DNA of 32,000 nucleotides from Opitutales bacterium (lineage in GTDB: Bacteria; Verrucomicrobiota; Verrucomicrobiia; Opitutales; PNEW01), in the NCBI GenBank assembly GCA_965219535.1, contig CBDCNV010000002.1, positions 570,001-602,000 on the forward strand. The letters are read 5' to 3'. Position numbers and translations under genes: made by a program. This document shows positions 1-8,353 of this stretch, in pieces. Under the pieces are notes generated by a model. It ran no database searches and was not told where the DNA came from. It was given only the letters and a program-made list of their open reading frames with translations. The stretch's first letter is position 1, and each line of letters begins with the position of its first letter.

Positions 1-1056
1 GCTATCGATCAATGCCTTGAAAACCTGAGGGAAGAAGGGCATCTCGAAACCATGGATGATCTCGATGCCGTCGGGTTTAAAACTATTCTCGGGAAAGACC
101 TTTCAGGCTGTGTTCCTGCCGACGACCATACGCTTGAGGCCTTGGAAGCATTTAACGCGATCGCCCCTTCTCACAATCCCGCTTACGCCAATGGCATTCG
201 GCAATTTCGTGAAAAATTAAACAACGTGAAACTCGTCGCAGTATTTGAAACTGCATTTTATCAGTGGGTACCTGAGGCGGCCACCCGCTACGCGGTACCG
301 GAAACCTGGTATAAGGCAGGGGTGAGAAGAAACGGATTTCATGGTGCCAGTCACAAGTTCATCGCCGAGCGCTCCGCTGAGCTGTTATCGCGTGACGATA
401 TCGCCGAGAGTTGCCGCAACCTCTACCGCGATGGACCGGTGCGCTTTGAGAGTGAACCTCTGCGCGTAATATCCTGCCATCTAGGAGGCAGCAGTTCAAT
501 TGCCGGTTGTCTGAATGGTGTAGCGGTCGATGGCAGCTTTGGGATGAGCCCGCAAAGTGGGATCCCACATAATAACCGCGTAGGAGACCTCGACGCTTCG
601 GCTACTCCCTTTGTAATGAAAGCGCTTAATCTATCGATGGATGAAGTTCAAGCGCAGTTGGCGCAGGAAAGTGGACTCCTCGGATTATCCGGTATTAGTA
701 ATGATCTTCGTGATATTGGGGAAAAAGCAGCCGCGGGAAATGAACGTGCTAAACTTACAATTGACGTTTTAGTTCACGCAATTCGCCATTGGATCGGGGC
801 ATTCTACCTCGAGCTCAATGGGTGTGATGCCTTGGTATTTACAGGGGGGATAGGTGAAAATAATCCAATTATACGCGGCGCAGTTTGCGCTGAACTTGAC
901 AATCTCGGTATTGAAATTGATCCCGATTTAAACAACGAAACATTCGCTGAAGAGAAGATGATCAGCGCGAAAAAATCTAAAGTAAAAATATTCGTTATTC
1001 CTGCTAACGAAGAATTAGTAGTCGCGCGCGAAACCTGCCGACTGTTAGCTTCCTAA
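1..1056 (+). CDS. ackA: acetate/propionate kinase, 5'-truncated by the window edge
   Basis: Frame 1 is open from nt 1 (AIDQCLENLREEGHLET precedes the listed Met at 52). The translated part carries acetate kinase motifs: FHGASHK, ISCHLGGSSS, LVFTGGIGEN, IPANEELV. It is co-directional with the BMC genes. Confidence 0.85.
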   Translation, partial: AIDQCLENLREEGHLETMDDLDAVGFKTILGKDLSGCVPADDHTLEALEAFNAIAPSHNPAYANGIRQFREKLNNVKLVAVFETAFYQWVPEAATRYAVPETWYKAGVRRNGFHGASHKFIAERSAELLSRDDIAESCRNLYRDGPVRFESEPLRVISCHLGGSSSIAGCLNGVAVDGSFGMSPQSGIPHNNRVGDLDASATPFVMKALNLSMDEVQAQLAQESGLLGLSGISNDLRDIGEKAAAGNERAKLTIDVLVHAIRHWIGAFYLELNGCDALVFTGGIGENNPIIRGAVCAELDNLGIEIDPDLNNETFAEEKMISAKKSKVKIFVIPANEELVVARETCRLLAS

Positions 1057-1099
1057 TACTAAATTTTTTAAACAGTAATTCTAACTCAATAATAAATCA

Positions 1100-1399
1100 A
1101 TGGCACAAAAAGCAATAGGTCTTCTAGAAACCCGCGGTCTCATCGGGCTGGTGCAAGGCACCGATACGATGTTAAAAGCTGCTAACGTTCAACTCGTCGG
1201 TCCCATGAAACAGGTCGGCAGCGCCCTCGTCAGCGCAGTAATTACAGGTGATGTCGCCGCGGTGAAAGCCGCTACCGATGCGGGGGCGAAAGCAGCTGAG
1301 GAAGTGGGTGAGGTAGTCAGTGTTCAGGTAATTCCCCGACCCCATGATGATGTAGCTAGCGTTTTGCCCCAAGCTAAGTCAGGCAAGGGCTCGAAGTAG
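1100..1399 (+). CDS. BMC-H hexameric shell protein (PduA/CcmK/EutM-like, Pfam00936 type)
   Basis: A 99-aa protein. AIGLLETRGLIGLVQGTDTMLKAANVQLVG...VITGDVAAVKAATDAGAKAAEEVGEVVSVQVIPRPH is a canonical single-BMC-domain sequence. Confidence 0.9.
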   Translation: MAQKAIGLLETRGLIGLVQGTDTMLKAANVQLVGPMKQVGSALVSAVITGDVAAVKAATDAGAKAAEEVGEVVSVQVIPRPHDDVASVLPQAKSGKGSK

Positions 1400-1414
1400 C
1401 ACAAAGGTAAGCAC

Positions 1415-1726
1415 ATGTTTCTTGCGAAGGTCATCGGGGCGGTTGTCGCGACAAAAAAAGATGAGTCGATGAAAGGCAGAAAACTGCTGCTCTTGCGGCC
1501 GATGCTAGTTGATGAATCCAATCCAAAACGTTTGCGATCTGGAATCAATACGATCGTTGCGGTGGATAATTTAGGTGCTGGTGAAGCTGAGATGGTTCTT
1601 TTTTGTCAGGGGAGTTCCGCACGTCTGGGTTCAGGCATGAAATCATTACCGGTTGATGCCGCAGTTGTGGGGATTGTCGACACCGTCGACGTTGAGGGCA
1701 GACAGATCTACACCGCAAGCGAGTAA
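1415..1726 (+). CDS. BMC-P pentameric vertex protein (EutN/CcmL family), paralog 1
   Basis: MFLAKVIGAVVATKKDESMKGRKLLLLRP...VAVDNLGAGEAEMVLFCQGSSAR matches the EutN/CcmL pattern. It starts 15 nt after the BMC-H gene. Confidence 0.85.
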   Translation: MFLAKVIGAVVATKKDESMKGRKLLLLRPMLVDESNPKRLRSGINTIVAVDNLGAGEAEMVLFCQGSSARLGSGMKSLPVDAAVVGIVDTVDVEGRQIYTASE

Positions 1727-1780
1727 TATCAGATAAAATGAGGTGCGCGAGATTAAAGCGATAATCCAAAGGTGATATAA

Positions 1781-3274
1781 ATGAATACGCAATTAGATGT
1801 TGATGACAGTACCGTTCGCCATGTGGTCGAAGAAGTGTTGAAACGGCTGGGTCATACGCAGACGGATACTGCTAGTGCTAGACCTGATAGGGCGACAACT
1901 GCCACGCGTTCAACGACACTAAGCAGGCACTCTTCTTCAAAGCGTAATTTTGGCGTATTTGAGGACGCGAATGATGCCTGTGAGGCGGCGCACGCGGCTT
2001 ATTACCAACTTAGAGATCAGGGCGTCGCGGCGCGGATAAAAGTTGTCGATATCGTCAAAGGGCTTTGTGAGAAAAATGCCAATTCCTGGGGAAAAATGGA
2101 ATTGGATGAGACGAAGATTGGGAGACTCGATCACAAAATCGAGAAACTTCAAATTGTGAAGTTGACGCCGGGAGTGGAGTGGTTGCAGCCCGATGCGATG
2201 AGTGGGGACCATGGGATCATGTTGGAAGAGTACACACCTTTCGGCGTGGTCGGTGGTGTTACCCCGATTACTCACTCTATGCCAACTCTGAGCAGTAACG
2301 TAGTAAGCATTGTGTCGGCGGGGAATGCGGTGGTCTTTAATCCGCATCCCGGTGGGGCACGTTGCGCAAATGTTGCGGTGCGTGTATTCAATGAAGCTAT
2401 TTATCGCGAGTTAGGAATTGAGAATCTTATTTGCTCGGTGGAAGAGCCGACATTAGAGTCATTTGACGCGATCAGCAAGAGTGAGCAGGTAGGTCTTCTT
2501 GTCGTCACGGGTGGGCCGGGTGTTGTGAGCGCTGCCATGAAAAGCGGAAAGCGTTCGGTCTGCGCCGGCCCGGGCAATCCCCCCGTTCTTGTCGATGAAA
2601 CGGCAGATTTAGATAAAGCGGCCCGGGATATTATTTACGGTGCGGCTTATGATAACAATTTACTTTGTATTGGAGAAAAAGAAGTCTTTGTCGTTGATGC
2701 CGTATATCGTCAGTTCCTTCAAGCCTTTGAAAAAGCCGGTGCATTTAAGCTGGCACAGAGCCAATTGGATCAGCTGGAAAAGGTTGTATTTACTTATGAG
2801 GATGATGGCGGGGGCTGTTCTCACCCCGTTTTAAATCGCGAAATGGTTGGAAAAAACGCAACTGATCTGGCGGCGATCGCGGGGTCGAGAGCACCGGCTG
2901 GAACGGAATTAATTTTCGCGGAGACCGACGCGACGCACGCTTTTGTTGTCGAAGAGCAGATGACGCCAATGATACCGGTCGTTAGAGTGCGGGATGTTGC
3001 GCAGGGTGTCGCCGATGCCAAGAATGCGGAACACGGTTATAAACATTCATCGATCATTCATTCGCGCCATGTTGATAATATGACTGTCATGGCGCGTGAA
3101 CTGGACTGTACGCTTTTTGTCAAGAATGGACCTTCCACTTCCGGACTCGGTCTTGGAGGCGAAGGTTATCTTACCTATTCCATCGCAACTACGACCGGAG
3201 AGGGTATCACGACACCGGAAACTTTTACGCGCAAACGGCGCTGTGTCATGGTCGATAACCTAAGGATATATTAA
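1781..3274 (+). CDS. CoA-acylating aldehyde dehydrogenase (PduP/EutE-like) with N-terminal encapsulation peptide
   Basis: ALDH-superfamily core with a catalytic Cys context (DNNLLCIGEKE) and GPGNPPVLVDETAD. A roughly 55-aa N-terminal extension precedes the core, which begins near GVFEDANDACEAAHAAY. Confidence 0.85.
   Translation: MNTQLDVDDSTVRHVVEEVLKRLGHTQTDTASARPDRATTATRSTTLSRHSSSKRNFGVFEDANDACEAAHAAYYQLRDQGVAARIKVVDIVKGLCEKNANSWGKMELDETKIGRLDHKIEKLQIVKLTPGVEWLQPDAMSGDHGIMLEEYTPFGVVGGVTPITHSMPTLSSNVVSIVSAGNAVVFNPHPGGARCANVAVRVFNEAIYRELGIENLICSVEEPTLESFDAISKSEQVGLLVVTGGPGVVSAAMKSGKRSVCAGPGNPPVLVDETADLDKAARDIIYGAAYDNNLLCIGEKEVFVVDAVYRQFLQAFEKAGAFKLAQSQLDQLEKVVFTYEDDGGGCSHPVLNREMVGKNATDLAAIAGSRAPAGTELIFAETDATHAFVVEEQMTPMIPVVRVRDVAQGVADAKNAEHGYKHSSIIHSRHVDNMTVMARELDCTLFVKNGPSTSGLGLGGEGYLTYSIATTTGEGITTPETFTRKRRCVMVDNLRIY
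1808..1849 (+). other. predicted encapsulation peptide (amphipathic helix STVRHVVEEVLKRL) of the aldehyde dehydrogenase
   Basis: A short amphipathic helix is followed by a Ser/Thr/Arg-rich low-complexity linker (TDTASARPDRATTATRSTTLSRHSSSKR). This is the same architecture as the PduP N-terminus (MNTSELETLIRTILSEQL, recalled from memory). Confidence 0.65.
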
Positions 3275-3276
3275 CC

Positions 3277-3540
3277 ATGCTTTTAGCCCGTGTTGATGGC
3301 AGTGTTGTATCGACTGTGTGTCATCCAAGCATGAGTGGGTGGCGGGTGCTTATCTGTCAGCCAATTAACGAAGAGGGGGAGGAAACAGAGGAACCGATTT
3401 TAGCGATTGATCCTCTCGGTGCGCACAAACATCAAAAGGTCATTTTAACCAGTGATGGTGTAGCAACTCGCCATCGCGTAGGGGATGATCATTCCCCTTT
3501 ACGCTATATGGTCCTTGGCGTCGGTGACGATAAAGATTAG
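3277..3540 (+). CDS. BMC-P vertex protein (EutN/CcmL family), paralog 2
   Basis: MLLARVDGSVVSTVCHPSMSGWRVLICQP... has a typical EutN N-terminus. There is a 2-nt gap after the ALDH stop. Confidence 0.8.
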   Translation: MLLARVDGSVVSTVCHPSMSGWRVLICQPINEEGEETEEPILAIDPLGAHKHQKVILTSDGVATRHRVGDDHSPLRYMVLGVGDDKD

Positions 3541-3573
3541 AGGGAAAACTGAACTTCGAAAATAGCTGAAAAA

Positions 3574-3870
3574 ATGAGATTGGGACAGGTCATTGGCAGA
3601 TTAACACTAAGTGCGTATGAACCGACATTCCAAAGTGGTCGATTTCTTGTTGTCTTACCTTTGTCGCGCAAACAGATAGGAGGTGGGCCACTGAAACCAC
3701 TGCCTCAAGGTAATAGCCTGGTTGTCTATGATAACCTCGGAGCCGGGCTGGGAAATATTATTAGCTATGTAGAAGGAAGAGAAGCGAGTGTTTGTTTTCC
3801 AGAGCCGACACCGATCGATGCTTTTAACTGCGCGATAATCGATGAGATGGATTACGACCCACCCCCATAG
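3574..3870 (+). CDS. BMC-P vertex protein (EutN/CcmL family), divergent paralog 3
   Basis: MRLGQVIGRLTLSAYEPTFQSGRFLVVLP...VVYDNLGAGLGNIISYVEG has EutN-like start and core. It also carries an insertion (RKQIGGGPLKPLPQGN) and a Pro-rich tail (DYDPPP). Confidence 0.75.
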   Translation: MRLGQVIGRLTLSAYEPTFQSGRFLVVLPLSRKQIGGGPLKPLPQGNSLVVYDNLGAGLGNIISYVEGREASVCFPEPTPIDAFNCAIIDEMDYDPPP

Positions 3871-3883
3871 CCGTTATTTTGGA

Positions 3884-4960
3884 ATGAAAAAAGTTATCAG
3901 TGCAAAAGTAATTGAAAAAATGCTGAAGGAGGGGGGTGATCCTCGGTCCTTACCTGCTAACGTTATACTTACACCTGCCGCTCAGGATATTATCAGTAAT
4001 TTTCAACGTTCGGGAAGCGTTAAAAAGCCGAAAAAGCAACCAGCGCCTATTGTTCCCGATTATGAGTATACTTGGAAAGCAGGCAGCGATGCCAATACAC
4101 CCGGTGCGATTGATGCGTTTTTTCATTCTCCCGAGCTCAATGTATTAAAAGAGAGAATCTGCGAAATTGGCAGACGCCTGTATTTAAAAGATTTTGCCGA
4201 TGGAAACGGGGGTAATATCACTATTCGGGTCGGTGACGACCTGGTTTTGTGCACACCGACGCTTATTTCAAAAGGTCATATGACACCTGATGATCTCTGC
4301 CTCGTGGACTTTAAGGGAAATCAACTTGCCGGAGCGCGGAAGCGAACGAGTGAAGTAACTACTCACATTGGTGTCTTTAAGTATCAGCCCAAAGCGAAAG
4401 CCTGTGTTCACGCACATCCCCCCTATGCCACTGCCTTTGCCGTCGCCTCTGTAGAACCACCGACGTGCATTATACCGGAGGCAGAAATATTTCTTGGTAA
4501 AATTGGTCTGGCTAAGTACGAGACACCCGGCACACCGGAGAATGCTGAAGTTATCGGGAAAATGGGTGTCGATCATCAAGCCATTATCATGGGTAATCAC
4601 GGCGTTATCACCTGGGGGAAAGACGTGGAAGACGCCCACTGGAAAATGGAAAACACTGACATGTATTGTAAGACGCTGTGGATCGCCTCTTTTTTGGGGA
4701 AAGAGATTGGCAATATTGGTGGAGCTAAACTTAAAGAACTGTTAGCGATCCGTAATGATCTTGGAATGGATGACCCACGCACCGGCATGCGCGAATGTGA
4801 GCTTTGCGATAATGATGACTTTCGCCCGGGGGTAATCTGCAAAACACCTGAACACATGAAAAATGATCACCAAACGGCTTCTTCACAGCAGGGTGATCCG
4901 AAGATTGAAGACCTTATTGAGACTCTTACTGATTCGATTCTCGAACAATTGAAAAATTAA
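3884..4960 (+). CDS. class II aldolase/adducin-family protein (fuculose/rhamnulose-phosphate aldolase-like) with N- and C-terminal extensions
   Basis: The core runs from about FFHSPELNVLKERICEIGRRLY...GNGGNITIRV...VHAHPPYATAF...MGNHGVITWG. I moved the start from the ORF-track 3842 to the ATG at 3884 (MKKVISAK). This avoids overlap with the preceding gene and a non-homologous leader. Confidence 0.8.
   Translation: MKKVISAKVIEKMLKEGGDPRSLPANVILTPAAQDIISNFQRSGSVKKPKKQPAPIVPDYEYTWKAGSDANTPGAIDAFFHSPELNVLKERICEIGRRLYLKDFADGNGGNITIRVGDDLVLCTPTLISKGHMTPDDLCLVDFKGNQLAGARKRTSEVTTHIGVFKYQPKAKACVHAHPPYATAFAVASVEPPTCIIPEAEIFLGKIGLAKYETPGTPENAEVIGKMGVDHQAIIMGNHGVITWGKDVEDAHWKMENTDMYCKTLWIASFLGKEIGNIGGAKLKELLAIRNDLGMDDPRTGMRECELCDNDDFRPGVICKTPEHMKNDHQTASSQQGDPKIEDLIETLTDSILEQLKN
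4895..4957 (+). other. predicted C-terminal encapsulation peptide of the aldolase (DPKIEDLIETLTDSILEQLKN)
   Basis: A terminal amphipathic helix is separated from the aldolase fold by a polar linker (KTPEHMKNDHQTASSQQG). Confidence 0.6.
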
Positions 4961-4976
4961 AAAAAGAATATTTTAA

Positions 4977-5906
4977 ATGAAAGTAACAATCATAGGCGGT
5001 GGAGGGAGAGTGGGATCAAACGCTGCCTTTGCCCTTCAATGTGCCGGAATTGTCACAGAGATTCAAATCCTTGACGCGAATACTGAACTTGCCGAGGGTG
5101 AAGCGCTCGATCTGCTTCATGGAACTTCCGCCATAGCTGATCAGCTTATTTACACAGGCGATTATGAGCGCGCGCGTGACAGTGACATTTTTATTATCAC
5201 CGCGGGTCTACGACGCAAACCCGATGAGTCTCGCCTCGATCTGATCAATCGCAATGTATCACTCTTTTCTCAAATTCTTGCCAGTATGAAGGAAACTGAA
5301 ATCAGAGAGGAGGCGATCGTTTTTGTCGTCTCGAACCCTGTGGATATCTTGACGTACTTGGCGACATCTTACCTCGGCCTGCCTTCGAAGCAGGTGTTCG
5401 GGTTAGGGACAATGCTGGATACGGCGCGATTCAGATCCTTGATTGCCGAGGAGTTGCAGCTTGCGCCGACTCAAGTGAAAGCACTTATCCTTGGCGAACA
5501 TGGCGACTCCATGGTCCCTATCTGGTCGACAGCTACTGTTAATGGTATGCCGATGGCAGGGGTAAAGGGTTTTGACGCCAACTTCCAAAGGAAGATTTTT
5601 GAGAGGACCCAGGGCAGTGGAGCGGAAGTTATAAGGCGGAAGGGAGGAGCCGGTTGGGCTGTGGGCTTGACGATCGCGGAAGTGATTCACGCGATTGCCC
5701 TCAATCGCAAGCAACTACTACCCGTTTCCTCAATGCAGCAAGGTGTTTATGGTTTGAACAATGTCTGTCTTAGTGTTCCTACGGTTATTGGACGAGCCGG
5801 GGTGATCGACCAAGTGGAATTGGATCTCTGGCCAAAAGAAAAACAAGGAATACAAAACTCATCGCGCGCTTTAAAAAAGATACTCGTCGATATGGCTGTG
5901 AAGTGA
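4977..5906 (+). CDS. L-lactate/malate dehydrogenase-family NAD-dependent dehydrogenase (last gene of the BMC operon)
   Basis: Rossmann start MKVTIIGGGGRVGS, loop ITAGLRRKPDESRLDL, SNPVDILT, GLGTMLDTARFR, and catalytic His in GEHGDS. Confidence 0.8.
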   Translation: MKVTIIGGGGRVGSNAAFALQCAGIVTEIQILDANTELAEGEALDLLHGTSAIADQLIYTGDYERARDSDIFIITAGLRRKPDESRLDLINRNVSLFSQILASMKETEIREEAIVFVVSNPVDILTYLATSYLGLPSKQVFGLGTMLDTARFRSLIAEELQLAPTQVKALILGEHGDSMVPIWSTATVNGMPMAGVKGFDANFQRKIFERTQGSGAEVIRRKGGAGWAVGLTIAEVIHAIALNRKQLLPVSSMQQGVYGLNNVCLSVPTVIGRAGVIDQVELDLWPKEKQGIQNSSRALKKILVDMAVK

Positions 5907-6016
5907 ATGGATATCCGATTGCGGATTGTGCGATAAAAACTTGAGATATGTTTAAACTGGAGGGACTCACTCCGTTGCATCCGTGGGTATCTTATTCAAG
6001 TGGGCTATATTTTAAC

Positions 6017-6036
6017 GGCCACGACGGAGCGTGGCC
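6017..6036 (+). terminator. hairpin ggccacg-acggag-cgtggcc, candidate terminator of the BMC operon
   Basis: A 7-bp GC-rich stem with a 6-nt loop, followed by ctccagttatatttc (only moderately T-rich). It lies 110 nt after the dehydrogenase stop. Confidence 0.4.
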
Positions 6037-6130
6037 CTCCAGTTATATTTCAATTCAAAGCGTGTTGAGACCAGCTGTCGCTCTGTTACGTAAGCTATGG
6101 CCGGCAGACAGCGCGTTCCACCTAACCGCA

Positions 6131-8140
6131 TTATCCCATTTCCCTCGCTGCTTGAATGATGCTCTCGGGCCCTATTCCCAGTTCATTCATTACTTTATCC
6201 CCCGGTGCGCTGAGCCCGAATCGATCGATACCGATGATTTTACCCTCGAGGCCGACGTAACGGTACCACAATCCGGTGACACCCGCCTCTATTGCGATGC
6301 GATTGAGGCAAGTGGACGGTAGAACGTTCTCACGGTAGGATGCCGCCTGCCGTTCAAAGCGTTCGAAACAGGGCATGGAAACGACACGGACCTCACTCCC
6401 GAGTTCAATTGCTGCAGCCAACGCATGTTGCAATTCACTCCCGGATGTGAGGATGATCAATTTGAGTGTGCCTTCTTCTTTTCTGGCAATGTAACCACCC
6501 GAGATTACACCCTTTCGTCTGTCGTCTATGGGTATCTCGTTTAAGTTCGGAACATTTTGCCTTGTCAAAATAAGCGCGGTTGGCCCATCCGATCGTTCTA
6601 ATGCGGCGACAAAAGAACCCGCTGTCTCTTCAGGATCTGCGGGCCGGATAACATCAAGATTCGGTATACAGCGAAGCGCGCTTACGGTTTCCACCGGTTG
6701 ATGAGTGGGACCATCCTCACCCACCGCCACGGAATCGTGCGTCCATATGTAGAATACAGGTAATTTTGCCAGAGCAGCCAAACGAACTGAAGGGCGCATG
6801 TAATCGGAAAATACAGCAAAGGTTGCACAAGAGGCGCTGAACATGCCGTCATATCCGAAACCATTCACGATCGCCCCCATGCCGTGTTCGCGAATACCAA
6901 AAAGAATATTGCGACCGATAGGATTATCACGAGTGAAATCACCTGCATCTTTGATATAGTTATTCGTTGAACCGTGCAAATCAGCGCTACCACTGATGAG
7001 CACCGGTACTGCTGCGGCCAGCTGCTGCAGAACATCACGTCCAGCCACGCGAGTTGCCAAATTGGCATCGCTAGAAAAATGGGGGATGCAGCCGAGAAGA
7101 TCTTTCGGACAATCGCCACTTATTGCGCTATCCAGAAGTTCACTTTTATCCGGATTCGCGGATTTCCATTGTTCAAAAGTTTCCTCCCAGATCGAATAGG
7201 CTTTAATCAGGTCTTGTTTACGCGCTGAAAAATATTCCTTAACAGAGTCGGACACATAGTAGAGTTCATCCGGTAACCCAAGATTTTTACGTGCCTCTTC
7301 GGCAAATTCTTTACCTTCTGCGCCGTGGGCTTTTGCGGTACCCGCTACTTCTGGAATTCCCTTTCCGATTAGCGTTTTCGCGATAATTAATTTCGGTCTT
7401 CCATTATCTTCGGCTTTCGCCTTTTCATAAGCTTCTAAGATGCTTGTCATCTCATGACCATCGATCGTAACGACATCGAAACCGTACGCTTCAAAGCGTT
7501 TTGCGGTATCCTCACTTTGTGTTTTATCAGCCATCGCATCGAGGGTCACATCGTTGGAGTCGAAGATCAGGATCAGGTTATCGAGTCCTAAGTGTGCCCC
7601 CAATGAACAGGCTTCGGCCGATAATCCCTCTTGGATACAGCCATCACCAGCCAAACAGACGATGTGATTATCGATGATTTTGTGTTCTTCAGTATTAAAA
7701 TGGCCGGCGGCCATCTTAGCGGCAATCGCCATACCGACAGCGTTTCCAATACCTTGACCCAGGGGACCAGTGGTACACTCCACTCCCGGGGTGTCACCAA
7801 ATTCAGGATGACCCGGAGTCATACTGTGCAGTTGACGAAAGTGCCGTATTTCTTCAATCGGGATATTGAATCCACTTAAATGCAACCATGCGTAAAGGAA
7901 CATGCTCCCATGACCAGCGGAGAGGACGAACCGATCTCGATTAAGCCATCTTGGATTTTCCGGGTTAAAATTTAATGCATGCCCATAAAGGACTGCGCCA
8001 ATTTCAGTGGCTCCTAAAGGGAGACCAAGGTGTCCTATTCCGGCAGCTTTTATCGCATCTATTGCAAGCCCTCGGGCTTGAGACGCGGCTTCGGCAAGGA
8101 TTTCAAGATTTAATGCCGTAGATTTAGTTTTTACCACCAT
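6131..8140 (-). CDS. tkt: transketolase
   Basis: A 669-aa protein with the TPP-binding motif GDGCIQEG and [15 protein letters not shown], typical of transketolase. Confidence 0.9.
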   Translation of the reverse strand: MVVKTKSTALNLEILAEAASQARGLAIDAIKAAGIGHLGLPLGATEIGAVLYGHALNFNPENPRWLNRDRFVLSAGHGSMFLYAWLHLSGFNIPIEEIRHFRQLHSMTPGHPEFGDTPGVECTTGPLGQGIGNAVGMAIAAKMAAGHFNTEEHKIIDNHIVCLAGDGCIQEGLSAEACSLGAHLGLDNLILIFDSNDVTLDAMADKTQSEDTAKRFEAYGFDVVTIDGHEMTSILEAYEKAKAEDNGRPKLIIAKTLIGKGIPEVAGTAKAHGAEGKEFAEEARKNLGLPDELYYVSDSVKEYFSARKQDLIKAYSIWEETFEQWKSANPDKSELLDSAISGDCPKDLLGCIPHFSSDANLATRVAGRDVLQQLAAAVPVLISGSADLHGSTNNYIKDAGDFTRDNPIGRNILFGIREHGMGAIVNGFGYDGMFSASCATFAVFSDYMRPSVRLAALAKLPVFYIWTHDSVAVGEDGPTHQPVETVSALRCIPNLDVIRPADPEETAGSFVAALERSDGPTALILTRQNVPNLNEIPIDDRRKGVISGGYIARKEEGTLKLIILTSGSELQHALAAAIELGSEVRVVSMPCFERFERQAASYRENVLPSTCLNRIAIEAGVTGLWYRYVGLEGKIIGIDRFGLSAPGDKVMNELGIGPESIIQAAREMG

Positions 8141-8353
8141 CCCGTACTGTTAAAGACTATTTTTATTCGTTGACGAGCATAACTTATCCACGAAGAAAAA
8201 TAATTAAAAAGAGATCAGATCGTGTGTGGATGTGAGCTTCCGAACTGCAACTGCATGCAGGATCCAGATGACTGGAAGGGGATCAGAAATTCGTGTAGAG
8301 TAATCCTCGCGTTGGATACATGAAGGTGTGATCGCTATTTCTAAATATTAAAT

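Noticed and set aside
3842-3883. The upstream start (MRWITTHPHSRYFG) for the aldolase ORF.
   Set aside because: It overlaps the end of the preceding BMC-P gene in another frame and adds a non-homologous peptide. The ATG at 3884 gives a clean 13-nt intergenic gap.
8251-8260. The 10-bp palindrome ctgcatgcag between the LON-domain gene and tkt.
   Set aside because: It is a short perfect palindrome with no flanking T-run and no second copy, so it is probably chance.
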